Positions 1-6,830 of a DNA stretch of 64,000 nt are shown piece after piece. Source of the DNA: an uncultured cyanobacterium (GTDB lineage Bacteria; Cyanobacteriota; Cyanobacteriia; PCC-6307; Cyanobiaceae); contig CAVONQ010000006.1 in the NCBI GenBank assembly GCA_963697335.1, positions 1 through 64,000 on the forward strand, written 5' to 3'. The notes beneath the pieces were generated by a model. That model had not been told where the DNA came from. It made no database searches and was given only the letters and a program-made list of their open reading frames with translations. Both the position numbers and the translations under genes were made by a program. How positions within the stretch are numbered: position 1 is the stretch's first letter; every line of letters begins with the position of its first letter.

Positions 1-145
1 CCAGGAGCATCTGGCTTTTCTCCTGCCGTCCACGGGCAATGCGCTGCAAGGCGATCGTGGCCGACTCCACGATCGCCTCCCGGCCCGCCAACTCAGGCGG
101 CCGCGCCCCCGCACCAGGAGAAAACGGATTGCTGGTGGGGTCCAT
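1..145 (-). CDS. AAA-family ATP-binding protein, N-terminal part (runs off window start)
   Basis: Not in ORF track; manual translation from ATG at 145: MDPTSNPFSPGAGARPPELAGREAIVESATIALQRIARGRQEKSQMLL, the NPFxPGAGxxPPxLAGR start typical of AAA_16-type ATPases just ahead of the Walker A motif. Confidence 0.75.
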   Translation of the reverse strand, partial: MDPTSNPFSPGAGARPPELAGREAIVESATIALQRIARGRQEKSQMLL

Positions 146-246
146 GCTGCGTGGCGTCAAGTTGAAAAGAGATATCGCAATCTTATCGATGTATGGCCGG
201 TTTATCAATGTATGGCAAGGCCTCCGGTGCATTCCGTTGTCGGCGC

Positions 247-1962
247 TCAGCAGCGCAGCGCCTCCCGATGGGCACTCAGAAACTTCTCCTGCTCCCGACT
301 GAACGGCCGAATCAGGTTCACCCCCTCGATTCCCCAGCAGCGCAAGGCCTCCCGGGCTGCCGCGTGTTCACAGATCAGCTGTCCGCCCCCATCGAAGCTG
401 ATCCAGTGGCGATCAAACAGTTTGTCCACATGGGTGGAGAGCAGCAGGCCATTGGATCCGCTCAGCCGTTCGCTGTTGTCGCAGGATCGCCAGGGTTTGA
501 TGTGGCTGGCCACCAGGAACTCCTGCCGCGCCAGCCCCGTGACCCGGCAGGCCTGCTCCAGCTCCGACACCCGATGGCGAAATAACCCCTGCCCCAGCCG
601 CGCCTTGGTGAGCGCATCGCGCTCCGTGCTGCTGGGCACCTCCCGCAACCGCTGCATGTCATCGAGCAGCGCGGCGGTGTACTCCCCCTCCTCCGCCAGC
701 ACCACCAGGTGCACCCGCAACGCCGGATCGGCGTGCTCCTCGATCAGCTGGAGCAACAGCAGCCCCAGCGCTGCGCAGTCGCAGCAGGGCTTCTGGGTAG
801 TCGGATGCTGGTGAGAAGAGGTGTCGCCTGACGTTGCGCTTGCCCTTGCGGGTCAGCGTGTCGGTGATCACCTCCACGATCCAGGCACTGCCCGGCCAGT
901 TGGCCTTGATGTGCTCAGGTGCCTCCCTGGCCTTGAGCTCCCAGGTGGTGTCGCGGCCATGCTTCTCCTCCTGATCCGTTGCCGTGAAAGGGATCTGCCG
1001 TTTTCCCTGGAACTGGCAGCGATCTGGCGGTAGAGGGTCTTCTGGTTCGATTTGACGGTTAGGAGCACGTCGGCCCCCTGCTCCAGGCACCACTGAAAAA
1101 CGGGCGGGTGGTGTGCAGGGCATCCGCCTGGATCAGCACGCCTTCCAGCTCCAGGGTGCTCAGCAGCTCTTTGAGGGCAGCCCGTTCACTGGATTCTCCG
1201 GTGTCGTAGGTCGTCTGGGCCAGGGCGACGCCGAGAGCCCGGGCATAGACCGTGACCTGGGCGACGAACCGATGGCTGCCGTCTTCCGTCTCCACTGCAG
1301 AGCCGCGCAGCGTCTTGCCATCGCACACCAGTTGGTCCAAACCCTCAGCCCCGCCTGGGATCTGGCTGATCATCCAGGCCTGGAGCACCTGGCCGAATTC
1401 CTGCAGGTGGGCCTTATTGAACAGGTAAAGGAAGGTGGCATCCGACGGCCAGCGCTTGAAATCGAAGCCCAGGGTCTCGTTCAACGCCTCACGATGCCGC
1501 CGGGCAAAGGCCTCGAGATCACGGGAGCTGCGGCAACCGCTCAGGATCCCCAGCACCGCCACCAGCAGCAGGAACCACTGCGGGTAGCGCACCCCACGGC
1601 GGTAGCGGCCATCGGGGATGGCCTTGAGGAAGTTGATCAGGTCATCCGGTGCGGCCTGATCAATTGCGGCGGAGCGTTTATCCAGGCTTTCGCTCAGCCC
1701 GGCCAGGTACACCCCCTGGTTGCCCCGGCCTGTGCTGGTGCTGATCGGGCTGTGGCGTTCCGGCAGCAGAGGTTGCAGCAGCTCAAAGAACGTCTGCGGC
1801 ACCAGGGCCTGGCGCAGCGGCTGCCAGTTCACCCGCACCAGCCAGCCCTCCTAGCTCCAGTTCTCCCCCGCTGAGCCGAACTCCGGCGGCTTGGTGGATG
1901 TAGCCGCCGTCGGTTTCCTGCCGGTAAGTCTGTTTGTGGTTCACCCACCAGTAGGAGGGCAC
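247..1962 (-). pseudogene. HNH endonuclease (YWWVN-type N-terminus, HNH_2-type C-terminus), split by an IS fragment
   Basis: GTG at 1962 gives MPSYWWVNHKQTYRQETDGGYI, then a frameshifting deletion and TAG stop, then WLVRVNWQPL...GNQGVYLAGLSESL (to 1683); it resumes in frame at 768 (LGLLLLQLIEE...RLGQGLFR...CRVTG...ASHIKPW...NGLLL...DKLFD). Confidence 0.8.
769..1685 (-). mobile_element. ISAs1-family (H-repeat) transposase fragment, frameshifted and C-terminally truncated
   Basis: DLINFLKAIPDGRYRRGVRYP, PSDATF, DGKTLRGS, IQADALHT, VKSNQKTL and HGRDTTWEL motifs spread over three frames; flanked by CCAG at 765-768 and 1682-1685. Confidence 0.85.
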
Positions 1963-2012
1963 GGATTCAGACAGGGCTGGCCTCTTTGTAGCCGGGACGA
2001 GGCTGGCTGTCC

Positions 2013-2399
2013 TCAGGTGGCCCGTCTCGACGCAAAGACTTCCTCACCCCGTTGCTCGCGGAACCCCTCCAGCCGCTGGCGGCACAGCTGCAGCAGCGCG
2101 TCGCGCTCGCTGTCGTTCAGCTCCTCAGCACCGATCAGGCTGGCGAGCCCATCGCTGGTGCGGGTGATGCCGTTGCCGGTGAACACGCGGCCCACCATCA
2201 GTTTCACCCGCTCTGTGTAGTAATCGATCTGGGTTACGTCTTCGCCCAGGATCCGCCGGGCCACGTCCTGCGCTGGGGCGGGGCTGCGGCGGCCGAGCAG
2301 TTCCATGAGCATCAGCGGTTGGTTGATGTGGCTCATGCGCATCTGCTCGGCGATGTATTCGCGGAGGCGGAGGAAGGCAGCGGAGGGGGCCGGGGGCAT
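2013..2399 (-). pseudogene. Copy A: 5' fragment (128 aa) of HNH-HIT fusion gene
   Basis: MPPAPSAAFLRLREYIAEQMRMSHINQPLMLMELLGRRSPAPAQDVARRILG...EQRGEEVFA, highly similar to the starts at 4748 and 6662; ends before the HNH domain. Confidence 0.8.
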
Positions 2400-2436
2400 G
2401 GGGGAATCCTGGCCGGGGTGAGACGGGGGTGGCACT
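2398..2436. repeat. Cassette-junction repeat, type X, copy 1
   Basis: ATGGGGGAATCCTGGCCGGGGTGAGACGGGGGTGGCACT, near-identical to 3155-3192. Confidence 0.9.
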
Positions 2437-2503
2437 GGTGGAGGAGAAGCCCATGCCAGGTGCCATGCCTTTGCTTGCCCCCTCAACCAGCCCGAAGGAA
2501 CTA

Positions 2504-2535
2504 ATGTGTGAGGCCCTCACGGCGAGGTCACACAT
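2504..2535 (+). promoter_or_regulatory. Inverted repeat, probable vapBC autorepression operator
   Basis: ATGTGTGA (2504-2511) ... TCACACAT (2528-2535), overlapping the antitoxin ATG. Confidence 0.55.
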
Positions 2536-2737
2536 GGCCACGAATCTCGCTCTCGATCAGGATCTGCTCGATCACGCCTTCCGTGTGAGCGGTGAGCCCA
2601 CAAAGAAGGCCGCCGTGACCCGTGCCCTTCAGGAGTTCATCGCGCGCCGGGAGCAGCGACAGGTTGCCGAGCTCTTCGGCAAGCTCGAGTGGGACCCCGG
2701 CTACGACTACAAGGCCGAACGGGAACGCCAGCGGTGA
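2534..2737 (+). CDS. vapB: VapB-family antitoxin
   Basis: MATNLALDQDLLDHAFRVSGEPTKKAAVTRALQEFI (RHH-like TNxxLDxxL...TKKAAV); GTGA overlap with the PIN gene. Confidence 0.85.
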   Translation: MATNLALDQDLLDHAFRVSGEPTKKAAVTRALQEFIARREQRQVAELFGKLEWDPGYDYKAERERQR

Positions 2738-3177
2738 GCCTGCTGGTCGACACCTCGGTCTGGTCGCTGGCCTTTCGCCGTGATGGCCAGCCAGGCGTGC
2801 CTGAGGTGGTCGCCCTCCGTGCCGCTCTCCAGGGTGCCGAGCAGGTCTTCACCACGGGATTGGTGCTCCAGGAGGTCCTCCAGGGTTTTTCCGGCCCCAA
2901 AAACCGAGAGCAGCTCGTGGAGCGCCTTTCCGCCCTCGCCTTCCTCCAGCCTGACAAGCAGGACCACATTGCAGCAGCCGAAATCCGCAATGTCTGCCGC
3001 CGCCGAGGGATCCAGATCGGCACCATCGATGCCCTGCTAGTTCAACTCTGCCAGCGCTATGAGCTGACGCTGCTGACAACCGACAAGGACTTTCAGGCAG
3101 CCTCTCAGCAGGTGGAGTTCCGGTTGTGGGGAACGGCGGGAGGGTGGGGCAGAAATGGGGGCATCCTGGCTGGGTGA
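2734..3177 (+). CDS. vapC: VapC PIN-domain toxin
   Basis: LLVDTSVWS...VLQEVLQG...IGTIDALL...LLTTDKDF acidic PIN motifs; stop codon lies inside repeat X copy 2. Confidence 0.9.
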   Translation: MSLLVDTSVWSLAFRRDGQPGVPEVVALRAALQGAEQVFTTGLVLQEVLQGFSGPKNREQLVERLSALAFLQPDKQDHIAAAEIRNVCRRRGIQIGTIDALLVQLCQRYELTLLTTDKDFQAASQQVEFRLWGTAGGWGRNGGILAG

Positions 3178-3192
3178 GACGGGGGTGGCACT
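3155..3192. repeat. Cassette-junction repeat, type X, copy 2
   Basis: ATGGGGGCATCCTGGCTGGGTGAGACGGGGGTGGCACT vs 2398-2436. Confidence 0.9.
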
Positions 3193-3234
3193 TGTAAGAG
3201 GAGGAACACAGGCAAGCCAGGCCGCCATGTCAGC

Positions 3235-3333
3235 CGTGGCCAGCACAGCACCCGCCTCAACGACCAGTTGCGCCTCTGCTTTGTCTGGACAGAAGCTGGG
3301 CCAGAGGAGGTCGAGATCGTTGACGTCCACTGA
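3235..3333 (+). pseudogene. higB: HigB (RelE-family) toxin, C-terminal remnant
   Basis: Manual translation RGQHSTRLNDQLRLCFVWTEAGPEEVEIVDVH*, matching the HigB end GQHSIRINDQWRICFxW...VEIVDYH; N-terminal two-thirds missing. Confidence 0.8.
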
Positions 3334-3337
3334 CGTG

Positions 3338-3646
3338 ATGCTCGTGCCTCCGGGCGAGGTGCTGCTGGAGGAGTTCCTGCGGCCAATGGGGATCAGCCAG
3401 TACCGGTTGGCGCTGGCGATCGACGTGCCCGAAAGCCGCATCAACGCCATCGTCAAAGGGCGGCGGGCGATCACTGCTGACACCGATCTGCGCCTGTGCC
3501 GTTTCTTCGGCCTGACCGATGGTTTCTGGCTGCGGATTGCCCGGTGTCAACTACGTAAGAGGCAAGGGAGCCACGATCTGAAGCTGGCCAGGCAGGTTCT
3601 GGAGAATGTGCTGCCGGCGATCGAGCCCATCCAGCCAATGGCGTGA
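3338..3646 (+). CDS. higA: HigA-family HTH antitoxin with an 8-aa insertion
   Basis: PPGEVLLEEFLRPMGISQYRLALAIDVPESRINAIVKGRRAITADTDLRLCRFFG...FWLR. Confidence 0.9.
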   Translation: MLVPPGEVLLEEFLRPMGISQYRLALAIDVPESRINAIVKGRRAITADTDLRLCRFFGLTDGFWLRIARCQLRKRQGSHDLKLARQVLENVLPAIEPIQPMA

Positions 3647-3653
3647 GCAGGGC

Positions 3654-3784
3654 TGGCGGCTGCAGGGTGTTTGGGCCAGGTTTGGTCTGGGCGGCCCGTC
3701 AGGCTGGTGCTCCTGCTGGGATCCCTTCTGGCGTGATCGCGTGATAGCTGCAGCCAACCCGGCTCCAGCTGTGGCTGTGCCGCC
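3654..3784. repeat. Cassette-junction repeat, type Y (longest copy)
   Basis: 3654-3758 aligns with 6673-6778 (GGGCCAGG.TTGGT..TGGGCGGCCCGTCAGGC.GG.GC.CCTGCTGGGATCC..TCTGGCGTG); 3747-3784 aligns with 4764-4801 (GCTGCAGCCAACCCGGCTCC.G.TGTGGCTGTGCCGCC). Confidence 0.9.
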
Positions 3785-3918
3785 CCAGTCCCCAAACTCA
3801 CGCACGCAGCAACCCAGGGCCAGGAGAAGCAGGGCTCCCTCCAATGCACACGGCAGCTTCAGGCTGAAGCGCTGCACTGACACCCTCCCGGCAGAATGGC
3901 AACCGGATCAGAACCCCG

Positions 3919-4224
3919 ATGACCAGCACCAGCCCGCGGACCGAACAGGTGCTCAGCACCCTGCGGCTCCATCGTGGCGACTGGCAGAAGCGTTTCCACG
4001 TGGTCGATATCGGCGTCTTTGGCTCGGTGGCTCGTGGCGACGCCCGCCCCGACAGCGATGTCGACGTGTGGGTGCGGCTGGAGCCGCTGACCCCCTACGC
4101 CCTGGTGCACCTCAAGCAGGAACTGGAAACGCTGCTGAGCACGGCTGTGGATGTGGTGCGGTTGCGCGAGCGCATGAACCCTTCCCTCAAGCAGCGCATC
4201 CTTGAGGAAGGCCTGCGGCCATGA
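3919..4224 (+). CDS. MNT minimal nucleotidyltransferase antitoxin
   Basis: GVFGSVARGDARPDSDVDV (GSx10DxD motif), VDVV. Confidence 0.9.
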   Translation: MTSTSPRTEQVLSTLRLHRGDWQKRFHVVDIGVFGSVARGDARPDSDVDVWVRLEPLTPYALVHLKQELETLLSTAVDVVRLRERMNPSLKQRILEEGLRP

Positions 4225-4583
4225 GCGAAGGCTGCGGCCCGCTGCTGGATGACCTTCTGGCTGCCCTTGAACGTGCCAGCAGCAAGAGTCAGCCTCTACT
4301 CCAGGATCCTTCGCAAATCGAATCGGAACAGGGACGGGATCTGCTTGATGTGATCTGCATGCAGTTTCTGGCGGTCGGTGAGGCGCTCAAGCGATTCGAA
4401 CGCCACTGGCCTGGTCGTCTGCAAGCCGAATTCCCCTCGGTGGATTGGAGGGGTGCCATGGGGTTTCGCGATGTGATCGCCCATCAGTACTTCGATCTCG
4501 ACAGTGAACAGATCCTGCTGATCTGTGAGCAATCCCTGCCTGCGTTGATTGCGGCTGTTCGGGCGTTTCGACAGAGCCAATGA
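4221..4583 (+). CDS. HEPN (HepT/DUF86) RNase toxin
   Basis: VGEALK...WRGAMGFRDVIAHQYFDLD (Rx4HxY); ATGA overlap with MNT. Confidence 0.9.
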   Translation: MSEGCGPLLDDLLAALERASSKSQPLLQDPSQIESEQGRDLLDVICMQFLAVGEALKRFERHWPGRLQAEFPSVDWRGAMGFRDVIAHQYFDLDSEQILLICEQSLPALIAAVRAFRQSQ

Positions 4584-4748
4584 TCCGCCGGGCGATGTCC
4601 TGCGCCGGGGCCGGGCTGGCTGTTGCCTGGCAAATCCGTGGCCCAGCAGTTCCATGAGCATCAGCGGTTGGTCGATGGGTCTCATGCGCATGCGCTCGGC
4701 GATGTAGGCGCGGAGGCGCTCGTAGGTGGGGGAGGGGTGTGGGGGCAT
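4582..4748 (-). pseudogene. Copy B: short 5' fragment of HNH-HIT fusion gene
   Basis: MPPHPSPTYERLRAYIAERMRMRPIDQPLMLMELLG, then a frameshifting +17 nt insertion, then SPAPAQDIARRI; ends at the HEPN stop codon. Confidence 0.8.
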
Positions 4749-4752
4749 TGGG

Positions 4753-4801
4753 CGATGGTGGCGGCTGCAGCCAACCCGGCTCCGGGTGTGGCTGTGCCGC
4801 C
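4753..4801. repeat. Cassette-junction repeat, type Y, internally deleted copy
   Basis: 5' part GATGGTGGCGGCTGC shared with 6668-6682; 3' part shared with 3747-3784. Confidence 0.85.
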
Positions 4802-4847
4802 ACCGACGCCTGAGGCGTCTATACTTCCGTCTAAACACCTCGTTACC

Positions 4848-5108
4848 ATGGCCGCCGCCCCTTCGCGCCAGGCCCTGCGCCGCTGGGGCAACAGCCTTGG
4901 CATTCGCCTTCCTGCAGCCATCGCCCGGGAGGCTCGGCTGCAGGAAGATCAGGCCGTGGAACTCTCCGTCGTGGAAGATGGGGTACTGATCCGGCCGGTT
5001 CAGCATCGCCCGTCACTGGCCGAACGACTGGCGGCCTACGAGCCCATGCGTGGAGAACCCACAGAGGCTCTGGCTTTCAGGCCGCTCGGGGCTGAGGTTA
5101 TCGAGTGA
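4848..5108 (+). CDS. mazE: MazE/AbrB-family antitoxin
   Basis: RRWGNSLGIRLPAAIAREARLQEDQAVELSVVEDGVLIRPV. Confidence 0.9.
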   Translation: MAAAPSRQALRRWGNSLGIRLPAAIAREARLQEDQAVELSVVEDGVLIRPVQHRPSLAERLAAYEPMRGEPTEALAFRPLGAEVIE

Positions 5109-5488
5109 GCCCCCGCCGAGGGGTCCAGGTTTGGGTGCCCGATCGCGGTGACGTGATCTGGATCGACCACAACCCCCAGGCCGGCCGTGAGATGAAGGAT
5201 CACCATCCCTTTGCCGTCTTGTCCACAGCTTCCTTCCACAGCACCGTGGGCCTGGTCGTGGGTTGTGCGATGACCTCAGCTCCTTACAACCGTGGTTCCA
5301 CCCTTGCCGTGGATCTGGGCCCCATCCCCGATCGGCCGGGTGCCCATAGCTATGTGCTGTGCCAGCAACTCAAATCCTTCGACTGGCGCGCCAGGGGTGC
5401 ACGCCCCCATCCAATCGGACGTCTGCAGGACTCCCAGTTGGAGGAGGTGCTGGCGATCGTGGGGCAGATCCTTGGCTTGGTGGTCTGA
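5105..5488 (+). CDS. mazF: MazF/PemK-family toxin
   Basis: VPDRGDVIWIDHNPQAGREMKDHHPFAVLS...VLCQQLKSFDWRAR. Confidence 0.9.
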   Translation: MSPRRGVQVWVPDRGDVIWIDHNPQAGREMKDHHPFAVLSTASFHSTVGLVVGCAMTSAPYNRGSTLAVDLGPIPDRPGAHSYVLCQQLKSFDWRARGARPHPIGRLQDSQLEEVLAIVGQILGLVV

Positions 5489-5499
5489 GCCAAGGGCCT

Positions 5500-5616
5500 G
5501 CAAGTGAAAGCCGTGTTTTGCAGGCTGAACTGGAGCGTCTTGGTTTGAGCGAAGACGAGCTCAGTGCCGACTTCAAGGCCTGGCGGAAAGGACGCCCTGA
5601 GCAACCGTCGGCCTGA
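5500..5616 (+). pseudogene. Antitoxin C-terminal remnant
   Basis: ESRVLQAELERLGLSEDELSADFKAWRKGR* ending 2 nt before a PIN gene; no recognisable N-terminus. Confidence 0.5.
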
Positions 5617-5618
5617 GA

Positions 5619-5925
5619 GTGGAGCGCAAACGCCTGGTCCTGGACGCGAACATCCTCATTCGCTGAAGCCAACGTGGCCGAGGCTGCCGCCTACGTGACT
5701 GATCTCGCCAGGAAGAGAGGTCTTGATGCAGAGGTCTGCGCTGAGGCTTTGCTCAGCCTGCTGTTGATTGTCCAGGTTGTGGAAAACAGCGTTTTGGAGT
5801 CGGCCAAGGAGGAGGCCTTGGCGAGAATCCGCGACAAGGATGACTGGCCTGCCCTGGCGCTGGCCTTGCAATTGGAATGCGCCATATGGACCACCAACAC
5901 GGTGGAGCGTTACCTGGAGAGCTGA
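5619..5925 (+). pseudogene. PIN-domain toxin with internal deletions
   Basis: GTG start MERKRLVLDANILIR* (stop 5664-5666), then in another frame ...ARIRDKDDWPALALALQLECAIWT|TNTVERYL, lacking the usual WTxDxDF segment. Confidence 0.75.
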
Positions 5926-6154
5926 GCCCATCCCGTCCACCAAATGCCGCCGCGGGATCACCAAGCTGTGGCCCTCGCTTACCGGGTAGGCATCGGCGAT
6001 GCAGCGCCCCAGCTCGTTCTCCAGCAGCACCCGGCCGCTGCCCTCCAGCGCGCAGAACACACAGCCCGCTTCGCGGTGGCCGTAGCTGGCCTGCACACTG
6101 CTGAAGCAGAGCGCCTGCAGGTTGCTGATGGCGTCGGAGCAGCCCTGGTTCCAC

Positions 6155-6178
6155 CGCCGCGCGGAAGGCTGCGCCTAC
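6155..6178 (-). mobile_element. 24-bp miniature inserted element, copy 1
   Basis: Minus strand GTAGGCGCAGCCTTCCGCGCGGCG; interrupts HNH motif IIP|.NQG and creates a TAG stop. Confidence 0.65.
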
Positions 6179-6312
6179 GGGATGATGGGTGCCACCTCCA
6201 GGGCCCGCTGGTGCTCGAGCGTGCCGCAGCACTCGCAGCGGCCCCTTGCCCTGGTGAGCACCCGAACCTTCACCGCGCCGCTGATCGGGCTCCGGTGGCG
6301 GCTGCGGTGGGC

Positions 6313-6336
6313 GTAGCCGCAGGCTTCTGCGCAGCA
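6313..6336 (+). mobile_element. 24-bp miniature inserted element, copy 2
   Basis: GTAGCCGCAGGCTTCTGCGCAGCA followed by GTA; adds CCAEACGY in frame where copy A reads EEVFA without it. Confidence 0.7.
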
Positions 6337-6667
6337 GTACACCGTTTCGCCGCGCTGCTCGCGGAAGGCATCGAGGCGCTGGCGGCACAGCCGCTGCAGC
6401 GCATCCCGCTCAGCGTCACTGAGCTCATCGCCGCCGATCAGGCTGTAGGAGCAGTTGCCGTAGGCGGTGATGCCGTTGCCGCTGAGCACCTTGCCCACCA
6501 TCGGCTGCCCAGGATGCGCCGGGCCACGTCCTGCGCTGGGGCGGGGCTGCGGCGGCCGAGCAGTTCCATAAGCATGGGCGGTTGGTCGATGGGGCTCATG
6601 CCCATGCGCTTGGCGATGGTCTCGCGCAGGCGGAGGAAGGCAGCAGAGGGGGGCGGGGGCATGGAGT

Positions 6668-6778
6668 GATGGTGGCGGCTGCCGAGCGGCCGGGCCAGGG
6701 TTGGTTTTGGGCGGCCCGTCAGGCAGGCGCCCCTGCTGGGATCCGCTCTGGCGTGGCCGTGATGCGGCTGAAGCCATC
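6668..6778. repeat. Cassette-junction repeat, type Y, copy upstream of fragment C
   Basis: Aligns with 3654-3758 and 4753-4767. Confidence 0.9.
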
Positions 6779-6816
6779 ACGGCCAGCCGTTCGTGATTGT
6801 CCATTTCTGCGGTGTA

Positions 6817-6830
6817 TGGTGTATACACCA
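6817..6830 (+). promoter_or_regulatory. 14-bp perfect palindrome, probable antitoxin operator
   Basis: TGGTGTATACACCA immediately before GGAGG RBS (6831-6835) and ATG 6842. Confidence 0.6.

Larger units (their letters stand above)
5926..6662 (-). pseudogene. Copy C: longest fragment of HNH-HIT fusion gene (N-domain + degenerate HNH + start of HIT)
   Basis: Same N-terminus as copies A/B; then RCECCGTLEHQRALEVAPIIP..NQGCSDAISNLQALCF (HNH) and GCVFCALE...IADAYPVSEGHSLVIPRRH (HIT N-half); frameshift, stop and deletions; HxHxH motif absent (truncated). Confidence 0.85.

Noticed and set aside
1090..1105. Programmed -1 frameshift at GTTTTTC in the ISAs1 transposase
   Set aside because: Possible, but several further single-base losses downstream (~1020, ~815-775) show decay or read errors, so this shift cannot be singled out as programmed.
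2398..6778. CRISPR array
   Set aside because: Repeats are degenerate, of two types and separated by 0.5-2 kb of genes; no cas genes.
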